Shown piece by piece: positions 9,338-17,929 of a DNA stretch of 32,000 nt. Made by a program: the position numbers and the translations under genes. The notes below the pieces were generated by a model. The model was not told the origin of the DNA. It did not search any database and saw nothing but the letters and a program-made list of their open reading frames with translations. The number at the start of each line of letters is the position of its first letter. The first letter of the stretch is position 1. This DNA comes from Gemmata obscuriglobus (GTDB lineage Bacteria; Planctomycetota; Planctomycetia; Gemmatales; Gemmataceae), in the NCBI RefSeq assembly GCF_008065095.1, contig NZ_CP042911.1:6120001-6152000 (forward strand), given 5' to 3'.

Positions 9338-9360
9338 GCGATTTATGAGTAGCGGGCCGC

Positions 9361-10569
9361 ATGGGTTTACCGGTCAATGGTGGTTACCACGCCTCCACTG
9401 TCGGAGCCCCCATGCGACCCAAACGTCAGTCTATCCGAGCCACCCCGGCCCACGCCACCCGGCACCTCCGTCCGGTCCTGACCGACTGGCTCGGCCGTGC
9501 GGTCCAACTGCCCAAGCGTCGCCGCACCTGTACACCCGAGGTGGTGTGGCGGGTGGTGCTGTTCGCCGCGGCGTTCGCCCGCTCGGTGGCCGCGGCCTGT
9601 GCCGCGATCGCCGACGCCCCGTCCGGGCAGGCCATCTGGGATTGCTTGTACCTCACGCTGCCCAAGCGGCGCCGCACCCTCGAGCGGCGGTTGCGGCCGG
9701 CCCTCCACGCCCCGCTCGGCAAGCGGAAGCGGGCGGCTCGGGTCGCGATCGACTACCACCGGATCGGGTACTTCGGGACGCCGAACCGGGACACCACCCG
9801 GTCCAAGGGGGCCGGCGGCACCCACACGTTCCACACGTACGCCACCGCGTGCCTCGTCGGGGGACCGGACCGGTACACGCTCGGGTTGACGGCCGTGGGC
9901 GAGAAGGAGCCGATGACCGCGGTGCTCACCCGGCTGTTGGATCAGGTGACGGCGGCACGGGTTACGGTCCGGGTCGCGCTGCTGGACAAGGCGTTCTTCT
10001 CGATCGCGGTGATGCGGTTGCTCCAGGCGCGGGGTGTGCCGTTCGTGATCCCGGCCGTGGTCCGGGGCCGCAAGCCCCGGCCCGGGGTGAAGGGGGTCGG
10101 GTTGCGGGCCGTGCGGCGGCGGGGCGCGGGTCGATATGCGTACACCCACGCGGATCGGGGCACCTCGGTGCGGGTGCACGTGGTGATCGCTCACAAGAGC
10201 TACCGGTACCGGCGGACCGGGGGCCGGCGGAGCAAGAAGTTACTGTACGCGGCGTGGCGGGTGAGCGGGAGCCCGGTGGCGATTCGGGACCTGTACCGGA
10301 CCCGATTCGGGATCGAGAGCAGCTACCGCCAGTTGGGGCAGGTTCGGCCCCGGACCTCGACCACCGATGGGGTCGTGCGACTCCTGTGGGTGGCCGTCGG
10401 GCTGATCCTGCGTAACGCCTGGTTGTGGTCCCGCTCAGCCCGCGGCCTCGGGTGGACACTGGCGGCGGTATGCCTGATACTGTTGGCCGATGGGCTGGCA
10501 CCTACAGATGGCGAAAATAAGTCCATTACTACTGCACGATCGGCCAACAAAACCAAGCCGCCAACTTGA
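9361..10569 (+). CDS. DDE transposase (IS4/IS5-superfamily-like; family not assignable by eye)
   Basis: 402-aa ORF filling the IS and ending inside IRR. It has 'VALLDKAFFS' (candidate catalytic D) and 'YRTRFGIESSYRQLGQ' (Y-x2-R-x3-E signature of DDE_Tnp_1-type enzymes). An alternative start ATG at 9412 (MRPKRQS) has a better GGAG upstream. Confidence 0.85.
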   Translation: MGLPVNGGYHASTVGAPMRPKRQSIRATPAHATRHLRPVLTDWLGRAVQLPKRRRTCTPEVVWRVVLFAAAFARSVAAACAAIADAPSGQAIWDCLYLTLPKRRRTLERRLRPALHAPLGKRKRAARVAIDYHRIGYFGTPNRDTTRSKGAGGTHTFHTYATACLVGGPDRYTLGLTAVGEKEPMTAVLTRLLDQVTAARVTVRVALLDKAFFSIAVMRLLQARGVPFVIPAVVRGRKPRPGVKGVGLRAVRRRGAGRYAYTHADRGTSVRVHVVIAHKSYRYRRTGGRRSKKLLYAAWRVSGSPVAIRDLYRTRFGIESSYRQLGQVRPRTSTTDGVVRLLWVAVGLILRNAWLWSRSARGLGWTLAAVCLILLADGLAPTDGENKSITTARSANKTKPPT

Positions 10570-10577
10570 AACTACTG
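10561..10577. repeat. IS right terminal inverted repeat
   Basis: ccaacttgaaactactg, the exact reverse complement of 9321-9337. Confidence 0.9.
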
Positions 10578-12129
10578 GAATCTTCCCGGGCGGTTCGAAC
10601 CCGTACTGTTTCGCGAGTTCCGCATGGGTCTCTTCCAGCACGTCCGCCAGAAACGCCGCGAGCACGTGGTCGTTCTTCTTGTCGAACCGGATCACGAAGT
10701 GTGCCGTTTCCGTCGTCGCGTACCCGGCGAGTTCTTCGAGCACTTTGAGCGCGTTATCAACCCGCACGTTGAACGGGTCGGCTTTCATCGAGGCCTTGAG
10801 CGCCGCCATCGCCTCCGGCTCGCGCCCCTGCATGTACAGGAGCAGTCCCAAACCGGCCTTCGGACCGGGAAGCGCTGGCCGCAGGGCGCTGGCCGTCTCG
10901 AAGCACTCGGTGGCGGTTTGGAACTGGCGCGCGTCGCTCAGGATGGTGCCGAGTTCCAGGTAGAACGTCGCCGGCTTCGCATCAAACGCGGCCACCTCCT
11001 TCTCGAACGCTGCGGCCGCCGGCCGGTCGCCCGCCAGGTGCTTGAGCGCGGCGAACCGGGCGAGCGTGGCGGCGTCGCGCGGGTTGATCGCGCGCGCGGT
11101 CCGGAGCAACTGTTCGGCGCCGGCAGGATCGGCCTCGGCGAGGCGGACGTCCGCCTTGAGCCGCAGCGCGGCGGGGTGATTGGGGTTCACCTTCAGCGCC
11201 AGATCGGCGCGACGCTCGGCCTCGGCGTACTCCATCCGCTCCAGCGCGATCGCCCCCTTTCCCACCAACGCCTCGACCGCCTTGGGGTTGATCTTGAGGG
11301 CGGCGTCGAACGCGTTCGCGGCCTCGGCCCGGTTGTGCTTGCTGAGCAGCAACTGGCCGCTCAGGTGCTCCGCGGGCCAGAAGTCGGCGTCCGGCTTGAG
11401 GGCGTCGCGCAGCAGCTCTTGGAGGATGAACTTGAACTGCTCGTGCTTCGCGTGGGTGGTGGCGTTCTCGATCCCGGCTTGCGCGACGATGAGCAACTTG
11501 TCGGGGTCGGTGATCTCCTTCCCCGCCGCGGCCGCGTCGGTGTACGCCTTTACGAACCATCGCATCTCGGTGTCGGCGCCGGACAGGTCGCCCCCGTCGC
11601 GCAGAACGCGGGCGCGGACCCAGCGTGCGAGGAAATGGTCGCCGTCCTTCTTGAGCACGTCGTTGGCATCGTGGGTGGCGTCGTCCCACTTGCCTTGCGC
11701 GAAAAGCAGATCGGCGCGGGCGGCGAGGAGGTCGGGGTGACCGGGGTGCGCCTTCAACCCTGCGTCGAGCGCGTCGCGGGCCTTCGCGTACTCGCCCTGA
11801 GCGCGGAGACACGCCGACTGGCCCAGGAACGCGAGCGGGAGCTTTTCGCTCCTGGCGAGGTCATCGTAACCGGCCAGCGCTTCCGCGTAGTTGCCGCGCA
11901 AGAGTCGTTGCCGCAGCGCGGGATAGTCCGCTTTGGGTTGCGAAGCGAAGAACTCACCCGCCGGCCCCGCACCACTGAAGCGAGAGAAAGAACCGGGTCG
12001 CGCCGTCCACGTTTCCGGCGCACGGGGGGCGGAGCCTGAGCGCGCTCCCCTTCCCTTCAGTAGGGCGGCGCCGGAGGAGGTGGTAGGCCCGCTGAACCCG
12101 ACGAGTACGGCAAGGATTGGAACCATCAT
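10578..12129 (-). pseudogene. N-terminal fragment of the IS-disrupted TPR + peptidase gene (signal peptide + TPR repeats)
   Basis: Signal-like MMVPILAVLVGFSG, followed by many TPR-like helices. In the track ORF (10435-12129) everything after '...QYGFEPPGKI' is translated from IS sequence (PVVSSWRLGF...). Confidence 0.8.
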
Positions 12130-12216
12130 GCCTCCACCGTACCGATGCGGTGAAACGGCCGCAAGCGGCCGGCGTCAGAACGGGGAAGTCCGCCCCGCGC
12201 ACGTCGAGGTCGCGCC

Positions 12217-12684
12217 ATGTTCGTCACCGTCGCCGCCGTCGTACTGCTCGCCCCCGCCGAGCCGCCAAAAGCCGAGGCAAAAGAGTTATCCCCGGCGGCA
12301 AAGAAGGAAGTGGAGAAGCTCCAGGGCAAGTGGAAGCTGATCAAAGGCGCCCGCGCCGGCAAAGAGTACGAGCACACCGAAGGCGACCCGGAACTGGTCG
12401 TCGAATTCAAGGGGCGAACATGGGTGCTTAACGGGGTCGAGAAGGCCGAAATCGTCGCCCTCGATCCGTCCACCGATCCGAAGTGCCTGGACCTCAAGAG
12501 CCAAGAAAAGGCCCGCGGCGACAACGTCGTTGACGAGGCCATTTTCAGGCTCGACGGCGACGCCCTCATCGTCTGCCTGTACCAGGGGTCGGGCAAAAGC
12601 CGCCCCTCCTCGTTCGACATCCCCAAGGACAAGGACACGATCCTGGTCGTGCTGAAGCGCGTCCCGGCCGACCCGAAAAAGTGA
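12217..12684 (+). CDS. TIGR03067-type (planctomycete lipocalin-like) domain protein
   Basis: 'LQGKWKLIKG', 'DPSTDPKCLDL' and 'AIFRLDGDALIVC' match the pattern I recall for the TIGR03067 domain. The N-terminus is hydrophobic, and GAGG lies 7 nt upstream of the ATG. Confidence 0.8.
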   Translation: MFVTVAAVVLLAPAEPPKAEAKELSPAAKKEVEKLQGKWKLIKGARAGKEYEHTEGDPELVVEFKGRTWVLNGVEKAEIVALDPSTDPKCLDLKSQEKARGDNVVDEAIFRLDGDALIVCLYQGSGKSRPSSFDIPKDKDTILVVLKRVPADPKK

Positions 12685-12903
12685 CACCGGTGGCGCGGAC
12701 CGGGCGGTTGTGGCCGGCGGACCCGCGCGGTACACTCGGCGCCGCATGAACGGCCGAACGAGATTGATCCTAACCAGTCTCGGCCCCGGCCGCGTGTCAC
12801 GAACAGCCACACGACGTTCGCCCGATCGGTTAGTTCAAGATCGAAAGTCCGTCTTCCTCTCCAGAACGTCACCGCGTTTCGTCCGCGGAACTGAGGAGCA
12901 GCC

Positions 12904-14547
12904 ATGCCCGCGCACCTTCGCGCCGCCGTGTTCGTCGCCGCGCTTTGCTTCCCGCGAGCCGGTTCCGCCGCCGAGCCGGCGCCGGCCCCCCGGCCCGCCC
13001 GCGACCCCGCCGACGCGATCGCCGCGCTGATCGACGCCCAACTCGCGAAGGACTGGGAGGCCCGCGGCATCGTCCCGGCCGACCGCGCCGACGACGGGGA
13101 GTTCGTCCGCCGCGTCTACCTGGACCTCATCGGCCGCGCGCCGAAGGCCGCCGAGGCGCGGGAGTTCCTGGACAGCCCGGCGCCCGACAAGCGCGCGCGG
13201 CTCGTCGAGCACCTGCTCACGGCGCCCGGGCACGCGAACCACTTCGCCGCGGTCACGCGGGCGCAGTGGCTCCCGCAGGCGGCGACCAACTTCCAGCTCG
13301 CGCAGTTCGGCAACCAGTTCGAGGTCTGGCTCCGCGACCGCTACCGCGAGAACACCCCGGCCGACGAGACGGTGCGGCGGCTGCTCACGGTCGGGATCGC
13401 GGTCAACAACCAGAACCCGCGGTTCCGGTTCGTGCAGCCGGTCAGCGGCAACGCCGAGGCGGCCATGATCGTCGGGTTCTACTCGGCTAACGAGGGCAAA
13501 CCCGAGGCCCTGGGGGCGGCCGTGAGCCGCCTGTTCCTGGGCATGAAGCTGGAGTGCGCCCAGTGCCACGACCACCCGTTCGCGCCGTACACCCGGGACC
13601 AGTTCTGGCAGTTCGCGGCGTTCTTCGGCGAGCTGAACCCGCTCGGCGGCCCGCGCCCCGGGTTCGTCGGCCCGCTGCCGCCGCAAGGGGACCGCAACAC
13701 GATCGGCGTCATGGGCACGGAGCGCACGGTGACCGCCGCGTTCGTCGACGGCTCCGCCCCCGAGTGGTCGGCGGACAAGACCCCGCGCCAGGAGCTGGCC
13801 GACTGGCTCGCGACCGCGAAGAACCCGTACTTCGCGAAGAACATGGCGAACCGGATGTGGGCACACTTCTTCGGGATCGGCCTCACCGACCCCGTGGACG
13901 AGCCCGGCGAGAACAACCCGCCGAGTCACCCCGAGCTGCTGAAGGAGCTGGGGCGGGCGTTCGCCGGCTGCGGCTTCGACACCCGCGTGCTGATCCGCGG
14001 CCTCGTCCGCTCGAAGGCGTACCAGTTGACGAGCAAGATGTCGCACCCGGGCCAGGCGGACCCGCGCCGGTTCGCGCGGATGAACATGAAGGGCCTGTCG
14101 CCGGCCCAACTGTTCGACACGCTGGTGGCGGCCACCGGGTTCCGCGAGCCGGCCTTCATGCGCGCCCAGCAGAACAACGGGTTCGTACAACCCAACAACC
14201 CGCGCAGCGAGTTCCTCGCCCAGTTCGCCAGCTCCGAGCGCGCCACCGAGACCAACACCACCATCCTCCAATCCCTCATGCTGATGAACGGCAAGTTCAT
14301 CGGCGACCAGACCGACCTCGCCAAGAGCGAGTTGCTCGCCGCGATCGCGGACCGGCCCGGCTGGAGCACCGAGCAGCGGGTGAGCAACCTGTTCCTCACC
14401 GCGTTCAGCCGCCCCCCGACGCCGGCCGAGCTCGAGCGGTTCACGAGCTACGTCGAACGGGGCGGCGCGAAGAACGACAAGCAGCAGGCCCTCGCCGACG
14501 TGTTCTGGGTGCTGCTGAACAGTCCGGAGTTCCTGTTCAATCATTGA
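12904..14547 (+). CDS. DUF1549 + DUF1553 domain-containing exported protein
   Basis: Signal peptide MPAHLRAAVFVAALCFPRAGSA. 'FVRRVYLDLIGRAPKAAEAREFL' is DUF1549-type, 'CAQCHDHPFAPYTRDQFWQFAAFF' is the conserved CxxCHDH block, and the C-terminus '...LLNSPEFLFNH' is typical of DUF1553. GAGGAG precedes the ATG. Confidence 0.9.
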   Translation: MPAHLRAAVFVAALCFPRAGSAAEPAPAPRPARDPADAIAALIDAQLAKDWEARGIVPADRADDGEFVRRVYLDLIGRAPKAAEAREFLDSPAPDKRARLVEHLLTAPGHANHFAAVTRAQWLPQAATNFQLAQFGNQFEVWLRDRYRENTPADETVRRLLTVGIAVNNQNPRFRFVQPVSGNAEAAMIVGFYSANEGKPEALGAAVSRLFLGMKLECAQCHDHPFAPYTRDQFWQFAAFFGELNPLGGPRPGFVGPLPPQGDRNTIGVMGTERTVTAAFVDGSAPEWSADKTPRQELADWLATAKNPYFAKNMANRMWAHFFGIGLTDPVDEPGENNPPSHPELLKELGRAFAGCGFDTRVLIRGLVRSKAYQLTSKMSHPGQADPRRFARMNMKGLSPAQLFDTLVAATGFREPAFMRAQQNNGFVQPNNPRSEFLAQFASSERATETNTTILQSLMLMNGKFIGDQTDLAKSELLAAIADRPGWSTEQRVSNLFLTAFSRPPTPAELERFTSYVERGGAKNDKQQALADVFWVLLNSPEFLFNH

Positions 14548-14634
14548 CAAGTCTTGGCCCGGCGCGAGCGCCTCAGGCGCAACGTTCCTGGATCGCGATT
14601 CACAACACCGAACACACGCTCGGAGGTACCTCGC

Positions 14635-15954
14635 ATGTCCCTGACGAACCTGGACCGCCGGCATTTGCTGCGCGCCGGCGCGGTGAGCACCGCGGTATCG
14701 GTGTCGGGCTGGATGGGCCGACTGGCCCGCGCCGCCGAGGAGACGAAGGCCAAGCCCAAGCGCTCGTGCATCCTGCTGTGGATGAACGGCGGCCCCGCGA
14801 CCATCGACCTGTGGGACCTGAAGCCGGGCCACGAGAACGGCGGGCCGTACAAGGAGATCGAGGCCGCGCCGGGGCTGCGGATCGGGGAACACCTGCCGAA
14901 GCTGGCCAAGCACGGCAAGAGCCTCGCGGTGCTGCGGGGGATGTCCACGAAGGAGGGCGACCACTCCCGCGGCACGTACCTGATGCGCACCGGCCAGCTC
15001 CCGGGGTCCGCGGCCATCCAGTACCCGAGCATCGGGTCGCTCCTGTCGAAGGAGCTCGGCGACCCGAAAGCGGAGCTGCCGAACTTCGTGGCCATCGCGC
15101 CGCAGCGGTTCTTCGCCCAAGAGGCGTTCGGCCCGGGGTTCCTGGGGCCGGTCCACGCCCCCCTGATCGTCGGCGACAACCAGTTCAACAACAACGTGCA
15201 GGGGGCCGGCCTCGACGCCGCCCTGAAGGTGGCCAACCTCGACCGCCCGAAGGAGGTCGAAGAGGGCACCGCGGGCGCCCGGCTGGACCTCCTGCACCAA
15301 ATGCAGGAGGAGTTCGCCGGCCAGCGGCCCGGCGCGATGGTCACGAGCCATTCGGCCGCCTACGACCGCGCGGTGCGGCTGATGCGGTCCGAAGGCGGCA
15401 AGGTGTTCGACCTGTCCAACGAAAAGGACGCCACCCGCGACAGGTACGGGCGCAACCTGTTCGGCCAGGGGTGCCTCCTGGCCCGCCGGTTGGTCGAAAA
15501 GGGCGTGCCGTTCGTCGAGGTGTCGCTGGGCAACTGGGACACCCACCAGAACACCTTCGACCTCGTGAAGGGGCTGTGCGGCACCCTCGACGCCGCGTGG
15601 GCCGAGCTCATGGACGACCTGAAGGACCGCGGCCTGCTTGAGACGACCACGATCGTCTGGATGGGCGAGTTCGGGCGCACCCCGCGCATCAACCCCGGGA
15701 AGGGCCGTGACCACTACCCGAACGCCTGGAGCACGGTCCTGGCCGGCGGCGGCATCAAGGGCGGTCAGGCGGTCGGTAAAACCAGCAAGGACGGAACAAC
15801 CGTGGAGGAGCGCGTCACCTCGACCGTGGACCTCCTCGCGACCGTGTGCTCGGCCGTCGGGATCGACTTCGAGAAGCAGAACATGTCGAACGTGGGCCGG
15901 CCGATCCGCATCGTCGACAAGGGCGCCAAGCCGGTCACGGAGGTGCTCGCGTGA
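14635..15954 (+). CDS. DUF1501 domain-containing (sulfatase-like fold) protein with Tat signal
   Basis: MSLTNLDRRHLLRAGAVSTAVS (twin-Arg signal), 'LLWMNGGPATIDLWDLKPG' and 'WMGEFGRTPRIN...GRDHYP'. The start is set at ATG 14635, with GGAGG at 14622-14626, rather than the track's 14554. Confidence 0.9.
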   Translation: MSLTNLDRRHLLRAGAVSTAVSVSGWMGRLARAAEETKAKPKRSCILLWMNGGPATIDLWDLKPGHENGGPYKEIEAAPGLRIGEHLPKLAKHGKSLAVLRGMSTKEGDHSRGTYLMRTGQLPGSAAIQYPSIGSLLSKELGDPKAELPNFVAIAPQRFFAQEAFGPGFLGPVHAPLIVGDNQFNNNVQGAGLDAALKVANLDRPKEVEEGTAGARLDLLHQMQEEFAGQRPGAMVTSHSAAYDRAVRLMRSEGGKVFDLSNEKDATRDRYGRNLFGQGCLLARRLVEKGVPFVEVSLGNWDTHQNTFDLVKGLCGTLDAAWAELMDDLKDRGLLETTTIVWMGEFGRTPRINPGKGRDHYPNAWSTVLAGGGIKGGQAVGKTSKDGTTVEERVTSTVDLLATVCSAVGIDFEKQNMSNVGRPIRIVDKGAKPVTEVLA

Positions 15955-17864
15955 CCGCCAAGCAGCAACCTACCCCCCCGGCCCCCCTCCTTGAAGGGAA
16001 GGGGGGGGAGAAAGAGCATTCGCGCGCCGCGGCCGGTTCCGGTGGCTCCTTGCCTGACTCCCCCTTCCCTTCAGGGAGGGGGGCCGGGGGGGTAGGTCTT
16101 CTGGCCCTCGCGGTACTTGTCGCGCTGACCGGCGCTGTGGCCGCCGCCCCCGATACCCCCCCAGCCGTCCCGACGGTAGCGCCGGCGCCGCGGCCCGCGA
16201 AGCCGAAGTTCGTCGCGCCGGCGTTCGACGACACGCACGAAATGTTGGTCTTCGCGAACAAGCGCCCGGTCCGCATCCGGGTGACGGTGCGCCACGAGAG
16301 CGCGTCGCTGGGCGAGTTGTGGCGCGACCGCCTCCGGAAGGCGTTCAACTTCTGCGACCGCGACGGCAACGGCTCGCTCGGCGCGAAAGAGGTGACCTTC
16401 GCGTTCTCCGACCAGGGGCTCCTCCAGTTGCTTCAGAACGGGCTGTACCAGCCCACTGCCGGGAACGCACCGACCCTCGACGCGCTCGACCGGGACGGCG
16501 ACGCCGAGGTGTCGTTCGAGGAGTTCATCGCGTCCTACCCGCGGTCCGCCGCTCGGCTGATCCGCGTGCTCCCCGTCCAGTCGGACAGCGCCCAGAACAT
16601 CGCCGTCACCGAAGCCGTGTTCACGCTGCTGGACGCCGACGGCAACGGCCAGCTTACCCAAGACGAAGTGCGGCGGGTCGAGAAGTTCCTCGCCACCCAC
16701 GACGCCGACGAGGACGAGTGCCTGAGCGCGCAAGAGTTGACGCCGAACGTGACTCCCCGCTCGGGGCTTCAACCGCTGCCTCAGACCACGGCCCGGGCGA
16801 CCGGCCCCTACCCGCAGCCCGCGACCGCACAAGCGGTCGTCTTGTACCCGCCCGGCAAGATCCCCGGGACCGTCACCCAGCAGCTCATTCTGAAGCACGA
16901 CCGGGACGGCGACTTCGAGCTGACGCGGGCCGAGATCGGGTTCGACGACCGCACCTTCGCGGCGCTCGACGCGGACCGGAGCGGGGCGCTCGACGGCGAA
17001 GAGCTGGACGTGTGGCGCACCGGCCCTCCGGACCTCGAACTCGCCCTGTCGCTGGCCCCCAGGGCCGCCGGCTGCTCCGCGAAACTGGCGGACGAGAAGG
17101 AGGCCGCGCGACGGGGCTTCAAAATCAAGCAGGTGGAGAACTCGCGGCTGGTGCTCCACGTCGGCCGGCAGTCGATCGACCTGTGGGCGTTTAGCCCGGC
17201 GGTCCCGTCCGCCGCGAGCGCGCTGAAGAGCCAGTACGCCTATCTGTTCGCTCAGGCCGCCAACGGCAAGGAGCACATCGACGAGAAGGACGTGGGCGGC
17301 CCGAACGCGGTCCAGTTCCAGTTCATCCGGGTGGTGTTCGACGCGGCCGACCGGAACGAGGACGGCAAACTCACCCGGGACGAGTTCGACGCGTACTTCG
17401 ACCTTCAGGACAGCTTCCGCGACATCTGCCTCAACTTGGCCCCCGCGGTGCAAACCCCGACGCTGTTCCAACTGCTCGACGAGAACCGCGACGGCCGGCT
17501 CAGCGTGCGGGAACTGCGAACCGCGTGGGACCGGCTCGTCGTGCTGGAGGAGCCGGGCGCGACGGTCCTCACGCGGAGCATCATCCAGCCCGCACTGTCA
17601 CTGCGCCTGACGCGCTCGTTCGACCGGTACGTCGTCGGCGTGCAGCCAGGAACGCTTATCAGCACCGGGCAGATGGCCGTGCCGACGAAGGGGCCGCTAT
17701 GGTTCCGGAAAATGGACCGCAACGGCGACGGCGACGTGTCGCGCGGGGAGTTCGTCGGAACGCGGGCCGAGTTCGACGCGATCGACACCGACCGCGACGA
17801 CCTCATCAGCCTCGACGAGGCGGAAGCGTTCGACAAGCAGGCGCGGGTGAAAGGTGAGAAGTAG
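15951..17864 (+). CDS. Secreted multi-EF-hand (about 10 Ca-binding loops) protein
   Basis: Ten DxDxDG-type loops: DRDGNGSLGAKE, DRDGDAEVSFEE, DADGNGQLTQDE, DADEDECLSAQE, DRDGDFELTRAE, DADRSGALDGEE, DRNEDGKLTRDE, DENRDGRLSVRE, DRNGDGDVSRGE and DTDRDDLISLDE. The proposed GTG start overlaps the DUF1501 stop (GTGA, 15951-15954). The start is uncertain because a palindromic element lies between it and the hydrophobic core LLALAVLVALTGAVAAAP. Confidence 0.8.
   Translation: MTAKQQPTPPAPLLEGKGGEKEHSRAAAGSGGSLPDSPFPSGRGAGGVGLLALAVLVALTGAVAAAPDTPPAVPTVAPAPRPAKPKFVAPAFDDTHEMLVFANKRPVRIRVTVRHESASLGELWRDRLRKAFNFCDRDGNGSLGAKEVTFAFSDQGLLQLLQNGLYQPTAGNAPTLDALDRDGDAEVSFEEFIASYPRSAARLIRVLPVQSDSAQNIAVTEAVFTLLDADGNGQLTQDEVRRVEKFLATHDADEDECLSAQELTPNVTPRSGLQPLPQTTARATGPYPQPATAQAVVLYPPGKIPGTVTQQLILKHDRDGDFELTRAEIGFDDRTFAALDADRSGALDGEELDVWRTGPPDLELALSLAPRAAGCSAKLADEKEAARRGFKIKQVENSRLVLHVGRQSIDLWAFSPAVPSAASALKSQYAYLFAQAANGKEHIDEKDVGGPNAVQFQFIRVVFDAADRNEDGKLTRDEFDAYFDLQDSFRDICLNLAPAVQTPTLFQLLDENRDGRLSVRELRTAWDRLVVLEEPGATVLTRSIIQPALSLRLTRSFDRYVVGVQPGTLISTGQMAVPTKGPLWFRKMDRNGDGDVSRGEFVGTRAEFDAIDTDRDDLISLDEAEAFDKQARVKGEK
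15968..16097. repeat. 130-bp palindromic element (about 40-bp stem with two T/G mismatches, 50-nt loop) inside the 5' end of the EF-hand ORF
   Basis: 15968-16007 pairs with 16058-16097; only t15991/g16074 and g16006/t16059 are non-Watson-Crick. Both strands translate to P/G-rich peptides (PTPPAPLLEGKGG... and ...SPFPSGRGAGGVG). Confidence 0.9.
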
Positions 17865-17929
17865 TCGTGCCGGCTCCGGCCCCCTGGGACTCTGAAGCCG
17901 ACTGCCGCGCACGAATTCGAGCGGTTTTG

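Larger units (their letters stand above)
9321..10577 (+). mobile_element. Insertion sequence, 1257 bp, single DDE transposase, 17-bp perfect terminal IRs, 5-bp TSD (GAATC)
   Basis: IRL cagtagtttcaagttgg (9321-9337) is the exact reverse complement of IRR (10561-10577). A direct repeat gaatc flanks the element at 9316-9320 and 10578-10582. The element interrupts a continuous minus-strand ORF. Confidence 0.85.

Noticed and set aside
9316-9342. Possibility that GAATC belongs to a longer imperfect IR (gaatccagtag... versus ...ctactggaatc) rather than being a target duplication
   Set aside because: I kept it as an alternative only. GAATC occurs as a direct repeat, not an inverted one (the inverted form would be GATTC). 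Counting it as a TSD restores the host ORF in frame, which favours the duplication reading.
9345-10415. 356-aa alternative-frame ORF inside the IS element
   Set aside because: It overlaps the 402-aa frame that carries the DDE-type motifs. Its own translation is Pro/Gly/Arg-rich without motifs, so it is a shadow frame.
12046-12062. 14-nt match (ccccttcccttcag) to the arm of the 15968-16097 palindrome, inside the TPR gene 5' region
   Set aside because: The match is short and C/T-rich, has no partner arm nearby and lies within coding sequence. It is probably chance or at most a decayed remnant, and I cannot support it as an element.
12815-12850. tRNA-like fragment (ggttagttcaagatcgaaagtcc) upstream of the DUF1549 gene
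   Set aside because: It only vaguely resembles a T-arm. No acceptor stem, D-arm or anticodon arm can be drawn around it.
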